Below are positions 40,173 to 52,180 of a stretch of 64,000 nucleotides of DNA, in pieces. This stretch comes from an uncultured Alphaproteobacteria bacterium (GTDB lineage Bacteria; Pseudomonadota; Alphaproteobacteria; Rhizobiales; Aestuariivirgaceae). The translations under genes and the position numbers were made by a program. The number at the start of each line of letters is the position of its first letter. The first letter of the stretch is position 1. The DNA lies in contig CAVWGR010000001.1 in NCBI GenBank assembly GCA_963754625.1, positions 129,513 to 193,512 of the forward strand, read 5' to 3'. The notes under the pieces are model-generated. The model was not told the DNA's origin. It saw only the letters and a list, made by a program, of their open reading frames with translations, and ran no database searches.

Positions 40173-40188
40173 AGGACAGCCGTGCGCG

Positions 40189-41076
40189 TCAGAAACTCCA
40201 CTCGCGCGCCTTGGACACGAGGAAGTCCCTGAACGCCGTCACCCGTTTGGTTTCTTTCAGTTCTTCCGGATAGACGAAATACGTGTCGTATTCCGGGGTG
40301 TCGATGGGCAGATCGATTTGCACAAGATTCATGTCGGAGGCCACCAGATAGTCGGCGAGGATGGCGATGCCGGCACCTGATTGAGCGGCACGGCGCAGGC
40401 CATAGGCACTGTTGACGCGCAAGGCCACCGGGCGCGGGTCACCTTCTGCGCGGCCAGCCGTTTGCAACATGGTGAGGTTGTTGAGGTAGGTCGCCGAGGT
40501 TCCGAAAATCAGGATCCTGTGCTTGTCGAGATCTTCGGCCGATTTCGGAATGCCGTGCTTCTTCACATAGTCAACCGACGCAAAGACATGGTGGTGCACA
40601 GTGAAGAGCTTGCGCTGGATGAGATCGGGCTGAGTGGGCCGTCGCAAGCGGATCGCCACGTCGGCCTCCCGCATGGAGAGATCAAGTTCCTCGTCCTCCA
40701 GCAACAACTGCACCTGGATGTCGGGATAGAGTTCCATGAACTCCTTGATGCGTGGCGTCAGCCAAATCGAGCCCAGTCCCACTGTCGTGGTGATGCGAAG
40801 TTCACCCGATGGCTTTTCCTTTGAATCCATCAGCCGCGTCTTGGCAGCGGCGAGTTTGGTAAAGACGTCGTGGGCTGTGCGGTACAGCACCTCGCCCTGT
40901 TCAGTGAGGATCAATCCGCGGGCATGGCGGTGGAAGAGCGGAACATTCAAGTCGTCTTCCAGGGCGCTGATCTGGCGGCTCACGGCGGACTGCGAGAGGT
41001 TCAACTCGTGGCCCGCATGAGTGAAGCTGCCAGCGTCGGCAACTGCGTGGAAAATCCGAAGCTTGTCCCAATCCAT
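40189..41076 (-). CDS. lsrB: LysR regulator, LsrB/VtlR type
   Basis: MDWDKLRIFHAVADAGSFTHAG HTH. The position directly downstream of trxB is the conserved lsrB/vtlR synteny. Confidence 0.8.
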   Translation of the reverse strand: MDWDKLRIFHAVADAGSFTHAGHELNLSQSAVSRQISALEDDLNVPLFHRHARGLILTEQGEVLYRTAHDVFTKLAAAKTRLMDSKEKPSGELRITTTVGLGSIWLTPRIKEFMELYPDIQVQLLLEDEELDLSMREADVAIRLRRPTQPDLIQRKLFTVHHHVFASVDYVKKHGIPKSAEDLDKHRILIFGTSATYLNNLTMLQTAGRAEGDPRPVALRVNSAYGLRRAAQSGAGIAILADYLVASDMNLVQIDLPIDTPEYDTYFVYPEELKETKRVTAFRDFLVSKAREWSF

Positions 41077-41079
41077 GCA

Positions 41080-42047
<968 letters not shown>

Positions 42048-42178
42048 GGTATTCTCCATAGCAAGTGTCGCAATTTTCGGCAGGTATGAGGTTTTAGCAT
42101 AGCTCATGTGGGGCGGCCCGCAAGGGGTCGCAAGGGTCTAAACCGGCCTGCTGGCGGAGTTGTGAACATAAACGGCGC

Positions 42179-42204
42179 ATGAACAGTCCATTCAGGGCGG
42201 GTTC
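42179..42204 (+). promoter_or_regulatory. ATGAAC-N5-RTTCAG-N3-GGGTTC motif, copy 1
   Basis: ATGAACAGTCCATTCAGGGCGGGTTC, about 55 nt before the ORF at 42259. Confidence 0.6.
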
Positions 42205-42258
42205 CGGGTCTGCGGTTCAAAAGAGGAGCTACGTTCAACCGATATCCCGGAGCCCAAA

Positions 42259-42546
42259 ATGAAACGCCCCCGCCATCTGATCATGTCCGCAGCGCTCGCC
42301 GTCGCGTTCTTGTCGGCAGGAGCCTTCGCCCAGGTCGATGACATGCAAGTGTCGCAGAACCTGAATAATCAAGCCAACTCCCACATCACCGTCATCAGCA
42401 AGTCCAGCCACCACCGGTTTCGCCTCTTAGTGGGGGCGAAATGCAGCGGGCGTGGCCCGGCCCTCAATGCCCCCTCTGGGTCGGTCCGCCCCGCTGTACT
42501 TCACATCAGGAACAAGCCATGCGCCATATCCTTGCCGCTCTCGTAA
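42259..42546 (+). CDS. Small secreted hypothetical protein
   Basis: GGAG RBS and signal peptide AALAVAFLSAGAFA. C-terminus uncertain. Confidence 0.55.
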   Translation: MKRPRHLIMSAALAVAFLSAGAFAQVDDMQVSQNLNNQANSHITVISKSSHHRFRLLVGAKCSGRGPALNAPSGSVRPAVLHIRNKPCAISLPLS

Positions 42547-42840
42547 TTTTGGCTGCTGCCAGCCCGGCGGCTCTGGCCTCCACCCGCAGCTATTCGTTGC
42601 CAACTGATCCGGGCAAAGCCATTTCGGCTTGCCTCGCCGATGGCAGCCATTGCGGCAAACCTGCCGCCGACCAGTTTTGCAAGTTGGCCGGCTTTTCCGA
42701 GTCGATCCTCTTCCAGCGCCAGTCCGTGACGTCGGCCATCACCATTGATGGTGTCTCGCCAGTGCGAAGGCGACACCTGCCAGGCCTTCACCCGCATCAA
42801 ATGCTACACACCAGTGGAAGAACAGGCGAGCGTGGAGTGA
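42519..42840 (+). CDS. Small secreted six-cysteine protein, frameshift near 42752
   Basis: Signal peptide and CLADGSHCGKPAADQFC. The shifted frame continues RQCEGDTCQAFTRIKCYTPVEEQASVE*. Confidence 0.7.
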
Positions 42841-42844
42841 GGGG

Positions 42845-42949
42845 CTAGAGCAACGTGCGAGCAAGTGGAATCGCTTGCGAAGCGAAAGTTGCTCCAAATC
42901 AAAATGTTAGAGCGGTCTTGCGAGCGCACGCGAGCATTCGCCGCTCTAA
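42845..42949. repeat. RIME/Bru-RS-like palindromic intergenic element, copy 1
   Basis: CTAGAGC...GCTC...TTAGAGCG...CGCTCTAA with two internal hairpins. Similar to 50782-50887. Confidence 0.75.
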
Positions 42950-43821
42950 GCCGCAATCCTGGTTTTCTGCAACGTCCACAGCAGGTGCGCCACTGCTGCT
43001 GAAAGGATGATGGCGCCGCCGATCATGGCTGGGGCCGGTGGCCACTCGCTGAGGAACGCCAGCACCCAGATTGGGGCGAATGCGGCATTGAGAATTCCGA
43101 GCAGGCCGGACTGGGCGGCCGGAATGCGTTGCATGGCGTTGAACAGCAACAGATTGCCCACCGCCAGTTGCACCATTCCAAAGAGCGCCATGAGCGACCA
43201 GTCCTGCTGTGACAAGTTGGTGAAATCGGCAAATGGCAGTGCAATGAGCCCGCTGGCCAACACGGTGAGGCAACTGGTCGGCAGAATGTCGAGCTTGGGC
43301 ATGCGGCGCACCAGCAGGATGATGCAAGAGAAGGTGAGCACACACCCCAGTGACATCAGGTCGCCGATCAGGCCGCCACTGCTGGCGCCGGAAATCATCA
43401 TCACTGTAATACCGGCAAATCCAGCCACGGCTGCAAGCAGGGTCGCAGTATCAAGGGGCTCCTTCAGGACGATGCGCGCAGCGATGGCGGCAGCGAAGGG
43501 CGAGATGGCGAAAATCATGAAGAAGTTGGCGACGCTCGTATAGGTCAGGGCGACGATGTTGAGCATCATGCCAAGGGCATTGAGGAAGACGAGCAAGAGG
43601 CCACCCAGTCCAACGGCCTTCAGCGCGCTGAACGTGCCACGGCCATCGCGCCAGATCAAAAGCGCCAGCACCACCGCAAAGGCAAAGAAGCCACGCCCTG
43701 AGGTGAGGGTGAATCCGTCGGCGCCGATGATCCGGGTAAACAGCCCGGAAGATGAATCAATTGCCGAGCCTGCAATCAGCAGCAGAAGGCCGGCCCGGGC
43801 CGTATTGGGGAAGATCGGCAT
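42946..43821 (-). CDS. DMT/EamA family transporter
   Basis: About ten TM helices in two EamA repeats (ISPFAAA..LKEP; LNAAFAPIW..LSEWP). Confidence 0.88.
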   Translation of the reverse strand: MPIFPNTARAGLLLLIAGSAIDSSSGLFTRIIGADGFTLTSGRGFFAFAVVLALLIWRDGRGTFSALKAVGLGGLLLVFLNALGMMLNIVALTYTSVANFFMIFAISPFAAAIAARIVLKEPLDTATLLAAVAGFAGITVMMISGASSGGLIGDLMSLGCVLTFSCIILLVRRMPKLDILPTSCLTVLASGLIALPFADFTNLSQQDWSLMALFGMVQLAVGNLLLFNAMQRIPAAQSGLLGILNAAFAPIWVLAFLSEWPPAPAMIGGAIILSAAVAHLLWTLQKTRIAA

Positions 43822-43896
43822 CGGGTGGTCATGGCGGAGAGGTGATGATTTGGAAAGGTGGTCTGCCGCAGGGCGGGCATGCGGGAAGTGTCGGCA

Positions 43897-44524
43897 TCAA
43901 GGCATGCCGTTGCGGTCCCATACCTTGCGGACCTTGGGATTTTCAGCGACGGCGGCATAAAGCTCGCGCAACTTGCCATGTCTGGCGAAAAGCCCCGGCA
44001 CATCATCAGACCAGGATATGAGCATCGCGGCATACAGGTCGGCCGCACTGATGGACTTGCCCAGGATGAAGGGGCCGTCGGCTATGGCCGTCGACCAGTA
44101 CATCGAAATCTCGCGCCAGGTCAGCCGAGGCCTTGGCCTTGATGCCTGCCGCGTGGCCGGCATCGGTGGAATAGCGCTGAGGATAGTAGAGGCGGAGGTC
44201 GGTGGGGTAGGCTGCGGCGGCGAGATAGATCATCCAGCGCAAGAATTGCGCGCGCGCGCTGCTGCCCAGTGGCGGGGCGAGACCAGCATCAGGGTAACTG
44301 TCAGCGAGATGGATCATCATCGCCGCACTTTCCGTCATGATGCTGTTGTCGGGAAGTTGCAGACTGGGAATCTCACCGCGTGGGTTGATGGCGATGTACC
44401 AGTCCGGTGCTGTGCCAGCAGCGGTTTTGGCCACGTCCTTGACCTCATGAGGGATGGCCAAAAGTGCAAAGAGTGCCTCAACGGCGGCAGAACCACTACC
44501 GGCGCGGGAATAGAGCGTGTACAT
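43897..44524 (-). CDS. Glutathione S-transferase, frameshift near 44095
   Basis: INPRGEIPSL and MTESAAM. The second frame gives DGPFILGKSISAADLY. Confidence 0.85.
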
Positions 44525-44638
44525 GATTGATGAGTGTCCTTTGCGAACAGACTAGCGCTTGTGCAATGCACGGCAAGTGACTTGCGAGTCGCGTCGTGTG
44601 GCTTCATACTAAGTGCGGGCGGAGAATGGGTAAGCCTG

Positions 44639-45175
44639 ATGAAATCGATACGTATGTCAGCCGTTGCGATGGCATTGCTCCTGGGGACTGCTGCCGGAGC
44701 GCAGGCAGAGTGTCCGGCCGAAGGCTTTGTACTGAGTGCGGGCAATGCATTTCTGGCAGCGGCGCGTAACGGTTCGCCGTCTGCTTTTACATCGGCCGCC
44801 GCACGTTATGCTGATCTCCGTTCGATCGCCATGTTTGCCCTCGGCCCGCATCGCAAATCCCTGCCAAAGGCCAAGGAAGCTGAATATGTCGGATTGGCGA
44901 AAGCCTATATGGGACAGTTCATGTCGCGCCATGCAGCAAAGTTTTCCGGTAGCGGTCTCAAGGTGACGACTTGCTCTGGCAACACCGTCAACGCGTCCAC
45001 TGCTGCCGGCAAGAAACTGATCTTTCGGGTTTCGGGCGGCAAGGGCCGCTACCGGGTTCAAGACGTGAATGCCGCGTCGATCTGGCTCGCCGGCCAGATG
45101 CGCACAACTTTCGTCAGTGTCATCAACCGCAACCATGGTGACGTCAACGCACTCCTGAAATTCCTGCGCAGCTGA
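44639..45175 (+). CDS. MlaC/Ttg2D-like periplasmic substrate-binding protein
   Basis: Signal peptide, DLRSIAMFALGP, YRVQDVNAASIWL. Confidence 0.65.
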   Translation: MKSIRMSAVAMALLLGTAAGAQAECPAEGFVLSAGNAFLAAARNGSPSAFTSAAARYADLRSIAMFALGPHRKSLPKAKEAEYVGLAKAYMGQFMSRHAAKFSGSGLKVTTCSGNTVNASTAAGKKLIFRVSGGKGRYRVQDVNAASIWLAGQMRTTFVSVINRNHGDVNALLKFLRS

Positions 45176-45958
45176 TCACTTGACTGCGAGCAGGAACAGC
45201 CGCGGGAACGGGTAGAGCAACAATCCGTCGTCCATCACCGGGTAGTGGGGTGCAACCGCCTTGCGGTAGTCGGCGAGAAAAGCTTGCCGTTGTTCCATGT
45301 CCAGAGGATCGAGATACGGCCTGAGGCCGGTGGTTGAGAGCATGTCGATAATGCCTTGGTGACCGTGCAGCAGATGCAGGTACGAGGTCTTCCAGATGTC
45401 GAGGTGCGTACAGAGCGGGCGCAAGATCTGGTGATAGCCCTGGGGCGACAGCAGGGCCGCGCGGGCCGATGAGGCCTTGGCGAGTTTGCTTGCATAGGCC
45501 GGCTTTTGCGAAACCTTGGCCATTTGAACATGGCTTTGTTCACCGAGAGTGTCCGGCATCTGCACGGCAAGAATGGCACCTGGCTTGAGCGCATCGAGAA
45601 TGCGGACGAGGTGGCGGGTGTGGTCGGGCAGCCACTGGAACAGGGCATTGGCGAATACCAGATCGGCGTTCGGGTTGGGCTGCCACTGGGCGACATCACC
45701 AACAATGAATTTCGCCTTGGGCAGGGTTTTCTTGGCCTTGGCAATCATGGCGTGGGAACTGTCGATGCCGGTGAGTGTCGCCTTGGGGAAGGCCGCCGCA
45801 AGGAGCGCCGTTGAGTTTCCCGGTCCGCAGCCAAGGTCGTGGATCAGGGCAGGGGTGCGATTGGGCAGGCGGGCGATAAGGTCCAAGGCAGGCTGGGCCC
45901 GCTCATCGGCGAAGGCGAGATATTGCGTGGGGTTCCAGTCGGATTTGGATTGGGACAT
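45176..45958 (-). CDS. tam: Trans-aconitate 2-methyltransferase
   Basis: [46 protein letters not shown]. Confidence 0.92.
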   Translation of the reverse strand: MSQSKSDWNPTQYLAFADERAQPALDLIARLPNRTPALIHDLGCGPGNSTALLAAAFPKATLTGIDSSHAMIAKAKKTLPKAKFIVGDVAQWQPNPNADLVFANALFQWLPDHTRHLVRILDALKPGAILAVQMPDTLGEQSHVQMAKVSQKPAYASKLAKASSARAALLSPQGYHQILRPLCTHLDIWKTSYLHLLHGHQGIIDMLSTTGLRPYLDPLDMEQRQAFLADYRKAVAPHYPVMDDGLLLYPFPRLFLLAVK

Positions 45959-46062
45959 GGTTCTTTCATAGCCCGCTTTCCCTCCGGCTTTCCACTGTGG
46001 GGAAAACCTGCTTGGAATCGAGGGGTTCATCCGCTAGGGAACCGCAAATCGGAATCCCGCAC

Positions 46063-49000
46063 ATGCCCAAAAGAACAGACCTCAAGTCCATCCTCATCAT
46101 CGGGGCTGGGCCGATCATCATCGGCCAAGCCTGCGAATTCGACTATTCCGGCACGCAAGCCTGCAAGGCCCTGAAAGAGGAAGGCTACCGCGTCATTCTC
46201 GTCAATTCCAATCCGGCCACCATCATGACCGACCCGGACCTGGCAGACGCCACCTACATTGAGCCGATCACGCCGGAGGTGGTGGCAAAGATCATCGAGA
46301 AGGAACGCCCTGACGCCATCCTCCCCACCATGGGCGGACAGACGGCACTCAATACGGCCCTCTCGCTCAACCGCATGGGGGTGCTGGACAAATACAACGT
46401 CGAACTGATCGGCGCCAAGGCGGAGGCCATCGACAAGGCCGAGGACCGGGAAAAGTTCCGCGACGCCATGTCGAAGATCGGCCTCGAGAGCCCGCGCTCC
46501 ATGCTGGCCAATGCCTCGGCCCTGAAAGAATCCGACCGTGACCAGTTCGCCGCAGAGATGGCGCGCCTCAAGGCCGGCAGCGGCGACGTTGCAGCATTTG
46601 AAAAGCAGTGGGCTTCGGGTGAAGCCGACCGGCAAAAGAAATATCGCGACCGCGCCCTGGTCGAAGCCTTCGAGGCCATGCTGGCGATTGGTCTTCCGTG
46701 CATCATCCGTCCGTCCTTCACGCTGGGCGGCACGGGTGGCGGCATTGCCTACAACCGCGATGAATTCCTCGACATCGTCGAGAAGGGACTGGATGCCTCG
46801 CCGACCTCGGAGGTGCTGATCGAAGAGTCGGTTCTCGGGTGGAAGGAATATGAGATGGAAGTGGTTCGCGACAAGGCGGACAACTGCATCATCATCTGTT
46901 CGATCGAGAACATTGATCCAATGGGCGTGCACACGGGTGACTCCATCACCGTCGCACCGGCCCTCACGCTCACCGACAAAGAATACCAGATCATGCGCAA
47001 CGCCTCGATTGCGGTGCTGCGCGAGATCGGCATCGAGACTGGCGGTTCGAACGTGCAATTCGCCGTCAATCCGAAAGACGGCCGGCTGCTGGTGATCGAA
47101 ATGAATCCGCGCGTGTCGCGCTCCTCGGCGCTGGCGTCGAAGGCGACCGGCTTTCCCATTGCCAAGGTGGCGGCGAAGTTGGCAATTGGTTACACATTGG
47201 ATGAACTGGCCAATGACATCACGGGTGGCGCAACGCCTGCGAGCTTCGAGCCTACCATCGACTATGTGGTGACCAAGATCCCGCGCTTTGCATTCGAGAA
47301 ATTTCCTGGCTCCGAACCACTCCTTACCACCGCCATGAAGTCGGTCGGTGAAGTCATGGCCATTGGCCGCACTTTCCAGGAAAGTTTCCAGAAGGCGTTG
47401 CGCGGTCTGGAGACGGGATTGTCAGGTCTTGATGAAATCACCATTCCCGGTGTCGGTGAAGGCGATGACAAAAATGCCATTCGCGCCGCGCTGGGCCAGC
47501 CAACACCTGACCGGCTGCTCAAGATTGCGCAATCATTCCGCCACGGTGCAACAGTCGAACAGATCAATTCATCATGCCACTATGAGCCATGGTTCCTGCG
47601 TCAGATTGAAGAGCTGGTTCAGACGGAAGAAATCATAAAAAACAAGGGCTTGCCGCGCGATCCTGAGAATTTACGCAAACTGAAGGCGATGGGCTTTTCA
47701 GACAAGCGCCTGGGCAAGCTGGTCGGTCTGAGCGAAGCCAAAGTTGCCGCGCATCGCCGCAAGCTCGCGGTGCGTCCTGTGTACAAGCGTATTGATACCT
47801 GTGCCGCCGAATTCGCTTCACCCACCGCCTACATGTACTCGACCTATGAAACAGGAATTGCCGGCAACAACGGCAACGAAGCCTTCGTCTCGGACAAGAA
47901 AAAAGTGATGATCCTTGGTGGCGGACCCAACCGCATCGGCCAGGGCATTGAGTTTGACTATTGCTGTTGCCACGCCTGCTTTGCTCTCCATGACGCCGGT
48001 TACGAGTCGATCATGGTGAACTGCAATCCGGAAACCGTTTCCACCGACTATGATACGTCCGACCGTCTCTATTTCGAACCGCTCACAGCGGAAGACACGC
48101 TCGAAATCATCCATGCCGAGCAGCAGGCCGGGACCTTGCATGGTGTCATCGTGCAGTTTGGCGGGCAGACACCGCTAAAGCTAGCGAGTGCGCTGGAGGA
48201 AGCTGGCGTCCCCATCCTCGGCACTACTCCTGATGCCATCGACCTGGCGGAAGACCGTGACCGCTTCGCCAAGCTGATCAAGAAACTGAAACTGCGGCAA
48301 CCGGAAAATGGCATCGCGCGATCTGGCCCGGAAGCAAAAAAAATCGCCAAGCGCATCGGCTTCCCAGTGGTCATCCGTCCGTCCTACGTGCTGGGTGGCC
48401 GGGCCATGGAAATCGTTCGCGATGATGCTCACCTGCAACGTTACATCACCGAAGCGGTGGTGGTCTCGGGCGACAGCCCGGTATTGATCGACAGCTATCT
48501 TTCCAATGCCACGGAGGTGGACGTTGATGTGATCGCCGATGGCAAGGATGTCTTCATCGCGGGCATCATGGAGCACATCGAGGAGGCTGGCATTCACTCT
48601 GGTGACAGCGCCTGCTCACTGCCACCTTATTCGCTGAAGCCTGCTGTCATCGCCGAGCTTGAGGCGCAAGCCAAGGTTCTCGCCGTTGCGCTCAAGGTCG
48701 TCGGGCTCATGAATGTGCAGTTCGCGGTCAAGGATGATGTTGTCTACATTCTCGAAGTGAACCCGCGCGCCTCGCGTACGGTGCCTTTCGTCGCCAAGGT
48801 GATCGGCGAACCGGTGGCCAAGATCGCTGCACGGGTCATGGCGGGCGAGAAGCTTGCCGGGTTCAAGCTGAAGCAGAAAAAGCTCAGCCATGTGGCCGTC
48901 AAGGAAGCCGTGTTCCCTTTCAACCGCTTTCCCGGCGTGGATGTTTTGCTTGGGCCGGAAATGCGCTCGACGGGCGAGGTCATGGGCCTCGACAAGAGCT

Positions 49001-49446
49001 TCGACATGGCGTTTGCCAAGTCGCAGATTGGTGCGGGCATGCGCATTCCACAAAGTGGCACGGTGTTTGTGTCGGTGAAGGAAAGCGACAAGTCGCGGGT
49101 GTTACCGGCGATCAAAAAACTGGTCGAGTTGGGCTTCTCGATTTGCGCGACCGGCGGCACCTACAGCTATCTCGAACAGAAAGGCATCGCCTCGGTTAAG
49201 ATCAACAAGGTTCTGGAGGGCCGCCCCCATGTGGTGGACGCGCTCAAGAACGGCGACATTCAACTGGTGCTGAATACCACTGAGAGCAAGTCTTCGGAAT
49301 CCGACTCGAAGTCGATCCGCCAGACTGCGGTGATGCAGAAAGTGCCGTACTACACCACCTTGCCGGGCATTCTGTCGGTCACCAAAGCCATCGCGGCGCA
49401 AAAAGCCGATACCATCCAGGTCAGACCGCTGCAGGACTATTTCTGA
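46063..49446 (+). CDS. carB: Carbamoyl-phosphate synthase large subunit
   Basis: [16 protein letters not shown], duplicated ATP-grasp domains (IEMNPR, LEVNPR), C-terminal MGS domain. Confidence 0.98.
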   Translation: MPKRTDLKSILIIGAGPIIIGQACEFDYSGTQACKALKEEGYRVILVNSNPATIMTDPDLADATYIEPITPEVVAKIIEKERPDAILPTMGGQTALNTALSLNRMGVLDKYNVELIGAKAEAIDKAEDREKFRDAMSKIGLESPRSMLANASALKESDRDQFAAEMARLKAGSGDVAAFEKQWASGEADRQKKYRDRALVEAFEAMLAIGLPCIIRPSFTLGGTGGGIAYNRDEFLDIVEKGLDASPTSEVLIEESVLGWKEYEMEVVRDKADNCIIICSIENIDPMGVHTGDSITVAPALTLTDKEYQIMRNASIAVLREIGIETGGSNVQFAVNPKDGRLLVIEMNPRVSRSSALASKATGFPIAKVAAKLAIGYTLDELANDITGGATPASFEPTIDYVVTKIPRFAFEKFPGSEPLLTTAMKSVGEVMAIGRTFQESFQKALRGLETGLSGLDEITIPGVGEGDDKNAIRAALGQPTPDRLLKIAQSFRHGATVEQINSSCHYEPWFLRQIEELVQTEEIIKNKGLPRDPENLRKLKAMGFSDKRLGKLVGLSEAKVAAHRRKLAVRPVYKRIDTCAAEFASPTAYMYSTYETGIAGNNGNEAFVSDKKKVMILGGGPNRIGQGIEFDYCCCHACFALHDAGYESIMVNCNPETVSTDYDTSDRLYFEPLTAEDTLEIIHAEQQAGTLHGVIVQFGGQTPLKLASALEEAGVPILGTTPDAIDLAEDRDRFAKLIKKLKLRQPENGIARSGPEAKKIAKRIGFPVVIRPSYVLGGRAMEIVRDDAHLQRYITEAVVVSGDSPVLIDSYLSNATEVDVDVIADGKDVFIAGIMEHIEEAGIHSGDSACSLPPYSLKPAVIAELEAQAKVLAVALKVVGLMNVQFAVKDDVVYILEVNPRASRTVPFVAKVIGEPVAKIAARVMAGEKLAGFKLKQKKLSHVAVKEAVFPFNRFPGVDVLLGPEMRSTGEVMGLDKSFDMAFAKSQIGAGMRIPQSGTVFVSVKESDKSRVLPAIKKLVELGFSICATGGTYSYLEQKGIASVKINKVLEGRPHVVDALKNGDIQLVLNTTESKSSESDSKSIRQTAVMQKVPYYTTLPGILSVTKAIAAQKADTIQVRPLQDYF

Positions 49447-49518
49447 GACCTGCCGGTATTGTTGAATCGTATTGGCCAATTGCTGTTCCAGTCGCTGTCT
49501 TTCGTGGGCTGGTTTTCA

Positions 49519-49770
49519 TCAGAACCCGCGGTTCATCATGGCCTGGGCCGAAACCTGATAGTTTGATTGCTGATGGATGAGTGACAGTTGCGCCTGGGGG
49601 CGGATGTCATCTTCACCAACGTCAGCCAGCAGGTGTGGCGACAGGCTCGGTTTTTCCGCTGACAGCGACTGCAAGAGCCCGGCCAGGAGGCGATGCACGT
49701 GACGTCCCAGAGAGAGTTTTTCTGAGGATGGGGTGGTCTTGCCTGAGTTGATTGATGTTGTGTTTGCCAT
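49519..49770 (-). CDS. Small protein with a DUF1127-like motif
   Basis: AGGAGA RBS, 83 aa. SLSPHLLADVG resembles the DUF1127 LSDHLLxDIG motif. Divergent from a LysR gene. Confidence 0.55.
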   Translation of the reverse strand: MANTTSINSGKTTPSSEKLSLGRHVHRLLAGLLQSLSAEKPSLSPHLLADVGEDDIRPQAQLSLIHQQSNYQVSAQAMMNRGF

Positions 49771-49858
49771 GGTATTTCTCCTTTTGATGTTCTGAAGTTG
49801 GGCCACAGAACGCAAAAACGGAAACGAGTTGCGTAAATTCGCGGAATGAGTTGTGCTC

Positions 49859-50785
49859 ATGGGCATGGTACTGCCCTTGGCTTTCGACTTGGACCTTCTC
49901 CGCAGCTTCATCATTATTGCGGAGGAAAAGAGCTTTACCCGTGCAGCCGAAAGGGTGGGACGGACGCAGTCCGCCATTTCACTTCAGATAAAAAGGTTGG
50001 AAGGAGTTCTCGGCCAGGAAGTCTTGTCACGTGGCAAGGGTGGCACTGTGGAACTGAACGCGTTTGGGCAGGCCCTGCTAGGCCGGGCTCGGGAGTTGCT
50101 TGCGCTCAATGACGACGTGATGAAATCACTCAAAGCAGCGCCCATAATGGGGACCATCCGACTTGGAATTGCTGAAGAATTAACCAACCGGTTCCTGGCA
50201 CGCATCCTGAAGAACATTGCATTGGCTGCGCCTTCTGTTGAGGTTCAGGTTACCACCGCCGGTTCCTGCGTCCTCGCGCCGCAATTGAAGAATGAGTTAC
50301 TGGACATCGTCCTCTTGGAGGAAAGCCAGGAACCAAGGCAATGGCCTGCGGAAGAAATATGGCGGAGTCAATTGCGTTGGGTGACTTCGGACATACACAA
50401 CCAACATCTGCGTGACCCGCTGCCGATCACGGTCTCACCACGAGATTGCCCATGGCGGCCGTCATGGCTCAATGAATGTCTTTGGCGGGGCATGGCTATC
50501 CGGGCCCTGAATCGCAGCAATCGGAAATACGAGATTGTGGCAACGTCCGGCACAACAGCGGGCCAACTTGCGGCGGTGTCGGCTGGGTTGGCTGTTACGG
50601 GAACCCTAGTGGACGACCATTTACCTGCGGGTGTGCGGCAGGTCATGCCTGATGAAGGATTGCCGGAGTTGCCTGAAACAAGTTTTTTGATGCTGAGAGG
50701 CAAGGAAGCACCACAACCACTGACCGACTTGCTTGCGGTGCAGATCAGGCAGGTTTTTGAACAATTTGGTCCAATTGTCCACTAG
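49859..50785 (+). CDS. LysR family transcriptional regulator
   Basis: DLDLLRSF, SFTRAAERVGRTQSAISLQIKRLE, IRLGIAEE. Confidence 0.92.
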   Translation: MGMVLPLAFDLDLLRSFIIIAEEKSFTRAAERVGRTQSAISLQIKRLEGVLGQEVLSRGKGGTVELNAFGQALLGRARELLALNDDVMKSLKAAPIMGTIRLGIAEELTNRFLARILKNIALAAPSVEVQVTTAGSCVLAPQLKNELLDIVLLEESQEPRQWPAEEIWRSQLRWVTSDIHNQHLRDPLPITVSPRDCPWRPSWLNECLWRGMAIRALNRSNRKYEIVATSGTTAGQLAAVSAGLAVTGTLVDDHLPAGVRQVMPDEGLPELPETSFLMLRGKEAPQPLTDLLAVQIRQVFEQFGPIVH

Positions 50786-50887
50786 AGCAACGTGCGAGCA
50801 AATGGAATCATTTGCGAAGTGTAAGTTGCTCCAGATTCAAAGAGTTAGAGCATCTTGTGGACGGTCAATTGACCGTCCGAAGCACTC
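50782..50887. repeat. RIME/Bru-RS-like element, copy 2
   Basis: CTAGAGCAACGTGCGAGCAA...GTTGCTCCA...TTAGAGC. The first 20 nt are identical to copy 1; the right end is degenerate. Confidence 0.72.
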
Positions 50888-50963
50888 GTGGCTTCAAGCA
50901 GTTTACTGCCTGCCTGATGCAGAGCCCCGGGAATGCAGGTTTATCGGTAGGGTCTGGGACCCC

Positions 50964-51085
50964 TTGCAAAATCGACCGCTTTGGGCCACATTAGGGGATA
51001 CCCGGCGGGGCGTTGGTGCCCGTGTGCCGGGTGTTTTCTTGTTAACTCTGCCGCCAACAAACCCCGGTTTTTCGGGTCGGCGGCA
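50964..51085 (+). promoter_or_regulatory. greA promoter and structured leader
   Basis: TTGCAA-N17-CACATT, a hairpin ACCCGGC/GCCGGGT followed by GTTTTCTT, and a second hairpin TGCCGCC/GGCGGCA. Confidence 0.5.
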
Positions 51086-51109
51086 ATGTGCCGATTGGAA
51101 GATACGACG

Positions 51110-51583
51110 ATGGAAAAAGTGCCGATGACTGCCAGTGGCTACGACGCCCTGATCGAGGAAGTAAAGCACCTCAAGTCGGTTGAACGCCCGCGCATCATTC
51201 GCGCCATTGAAGAAGCGCGCGCCCATGGCGACCTTTCCGAAAATGCCGAATACCATGCGGCCAAGGAAGCCCAGGGCTGGAACGAGGCCCGTGTGGCCGA
51301 AATCGAAGACAAGATCAGCCGCGCTGACGTGATCGACGTGTCCAAGCTCTCCGGTGACACGGTAAAATTTGGCGCAAAGGTGACACTCATCGACGAGGAT
51401 ACCGAGGTCAAGGTCATGTACCAGATCGTGGGTGACAGCGAAGCCGACGTCAAAAAGGGCCGCATTTCGATTTCCTCACCCATTGCCCGCGCCATTATCG
51501 GCAAGCGCAAGGGTGACAGCGTCGAAGTTGCAACACCCGGCGGCGGCAAGTCCTACGAGATCGACCGCGTCGCCTGGGGCTGA
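51110..51583 (+). CDS. greA: Transcription elongation factor GreA
   Basis: [25 protein letters not shown]. Confidence 0.97.
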   Translation: MEKVPMTASGYDALIEEVKHLKSVERPRIIRAIEEARAHGDLSENAEYHAAKEAQGWNEARVAEIEDKISRADVIDVSKLSGDTVKFGAKVTLIDEDTEVKVMYQIVGDSEADVKKGRISISSPIARAIIGKRKGDSVEVATPGGGKSYEIDRVAWG

Positions 51584-51645
51584 GTTGCCGCGGGGTCCGT
51601 ACGCCCATGCGCCTCTGCAATCTTAAAACTGTCAATATTTCGACG

Positions 51646-51659
51646 TTGACTTAAATCAA
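51646..51659 (+). promoter_or_regulatory. FNR/FixK box
   Basis: TTGAC-TTAA-ATCAA (consensus TTGAT-N4-ATCAA), 60 nt upstream of a usp gene. Confidence 0.65.
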
Positions 51660-51718
51660 GGCAGCGGCAGCGCTGCTGCTTCATGAATCCATTGTTCCCA
51701 GCCATTGGAGGCAAGTTC

Positions 51719-52129
51719 ATGAAAAAGATTCTTTGCGCAACGGATGGTACGTCCCACGGTGAAAAAGCTGTGGCTTTCGCCGCGCGTCTGGCGAGCCTCG
51801 AAGGTGTGCCTCTCTCGATCTGCACGGTCAACGTCATGACGGGTGGGCTGCGTGGCCCCGCCATCTATGCTCACTCCGATCGTGAAGTGTCGAAGGTGCT
51901 CAACGATGCTGTGGCAGCTGCCAAGACTGCTGGTGCCAAGGAGGTTTCTGCGGTTGAACTTGACGCCCGCGAAGTGGCGCCATCGGTAATCTCCTATGCC
52001 AACCGCGAAGGCTTCGATCATATCGTCACCGGCACTGGCGATCCGCGCGGCGTGAAGCGCCTGGTGCTTGGCTCGGTGGCGGCCAGCATTGCCGCCGCCG
52101 CAGATTGCCCGGTGACCATCGCCCGCTAG
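51719..52129 (+). CDS. Universal stress protein
   Basis: KKILCATDGTSHG...IVTGTGDPRGVKRLVLGSVA..PVTI. Confidence 0.92.
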   Translation: MKKILCATDGTSHGEKAVAFAARLASLEGVPLSICTVNVMTGGLRGPAIYAHSDREVSKVLNDAVAAAKTAGAKEVSAVELDAREVAPSVISYANREGFDHIVTGTGDPRGVKRLVLGSVAASIAAAADCPVTIAR

Positions 52130-52180
52130 ATGCCATTGGTCACATGGTGGCGTGTGACTGATACCTTGCAACCTTGGCCA

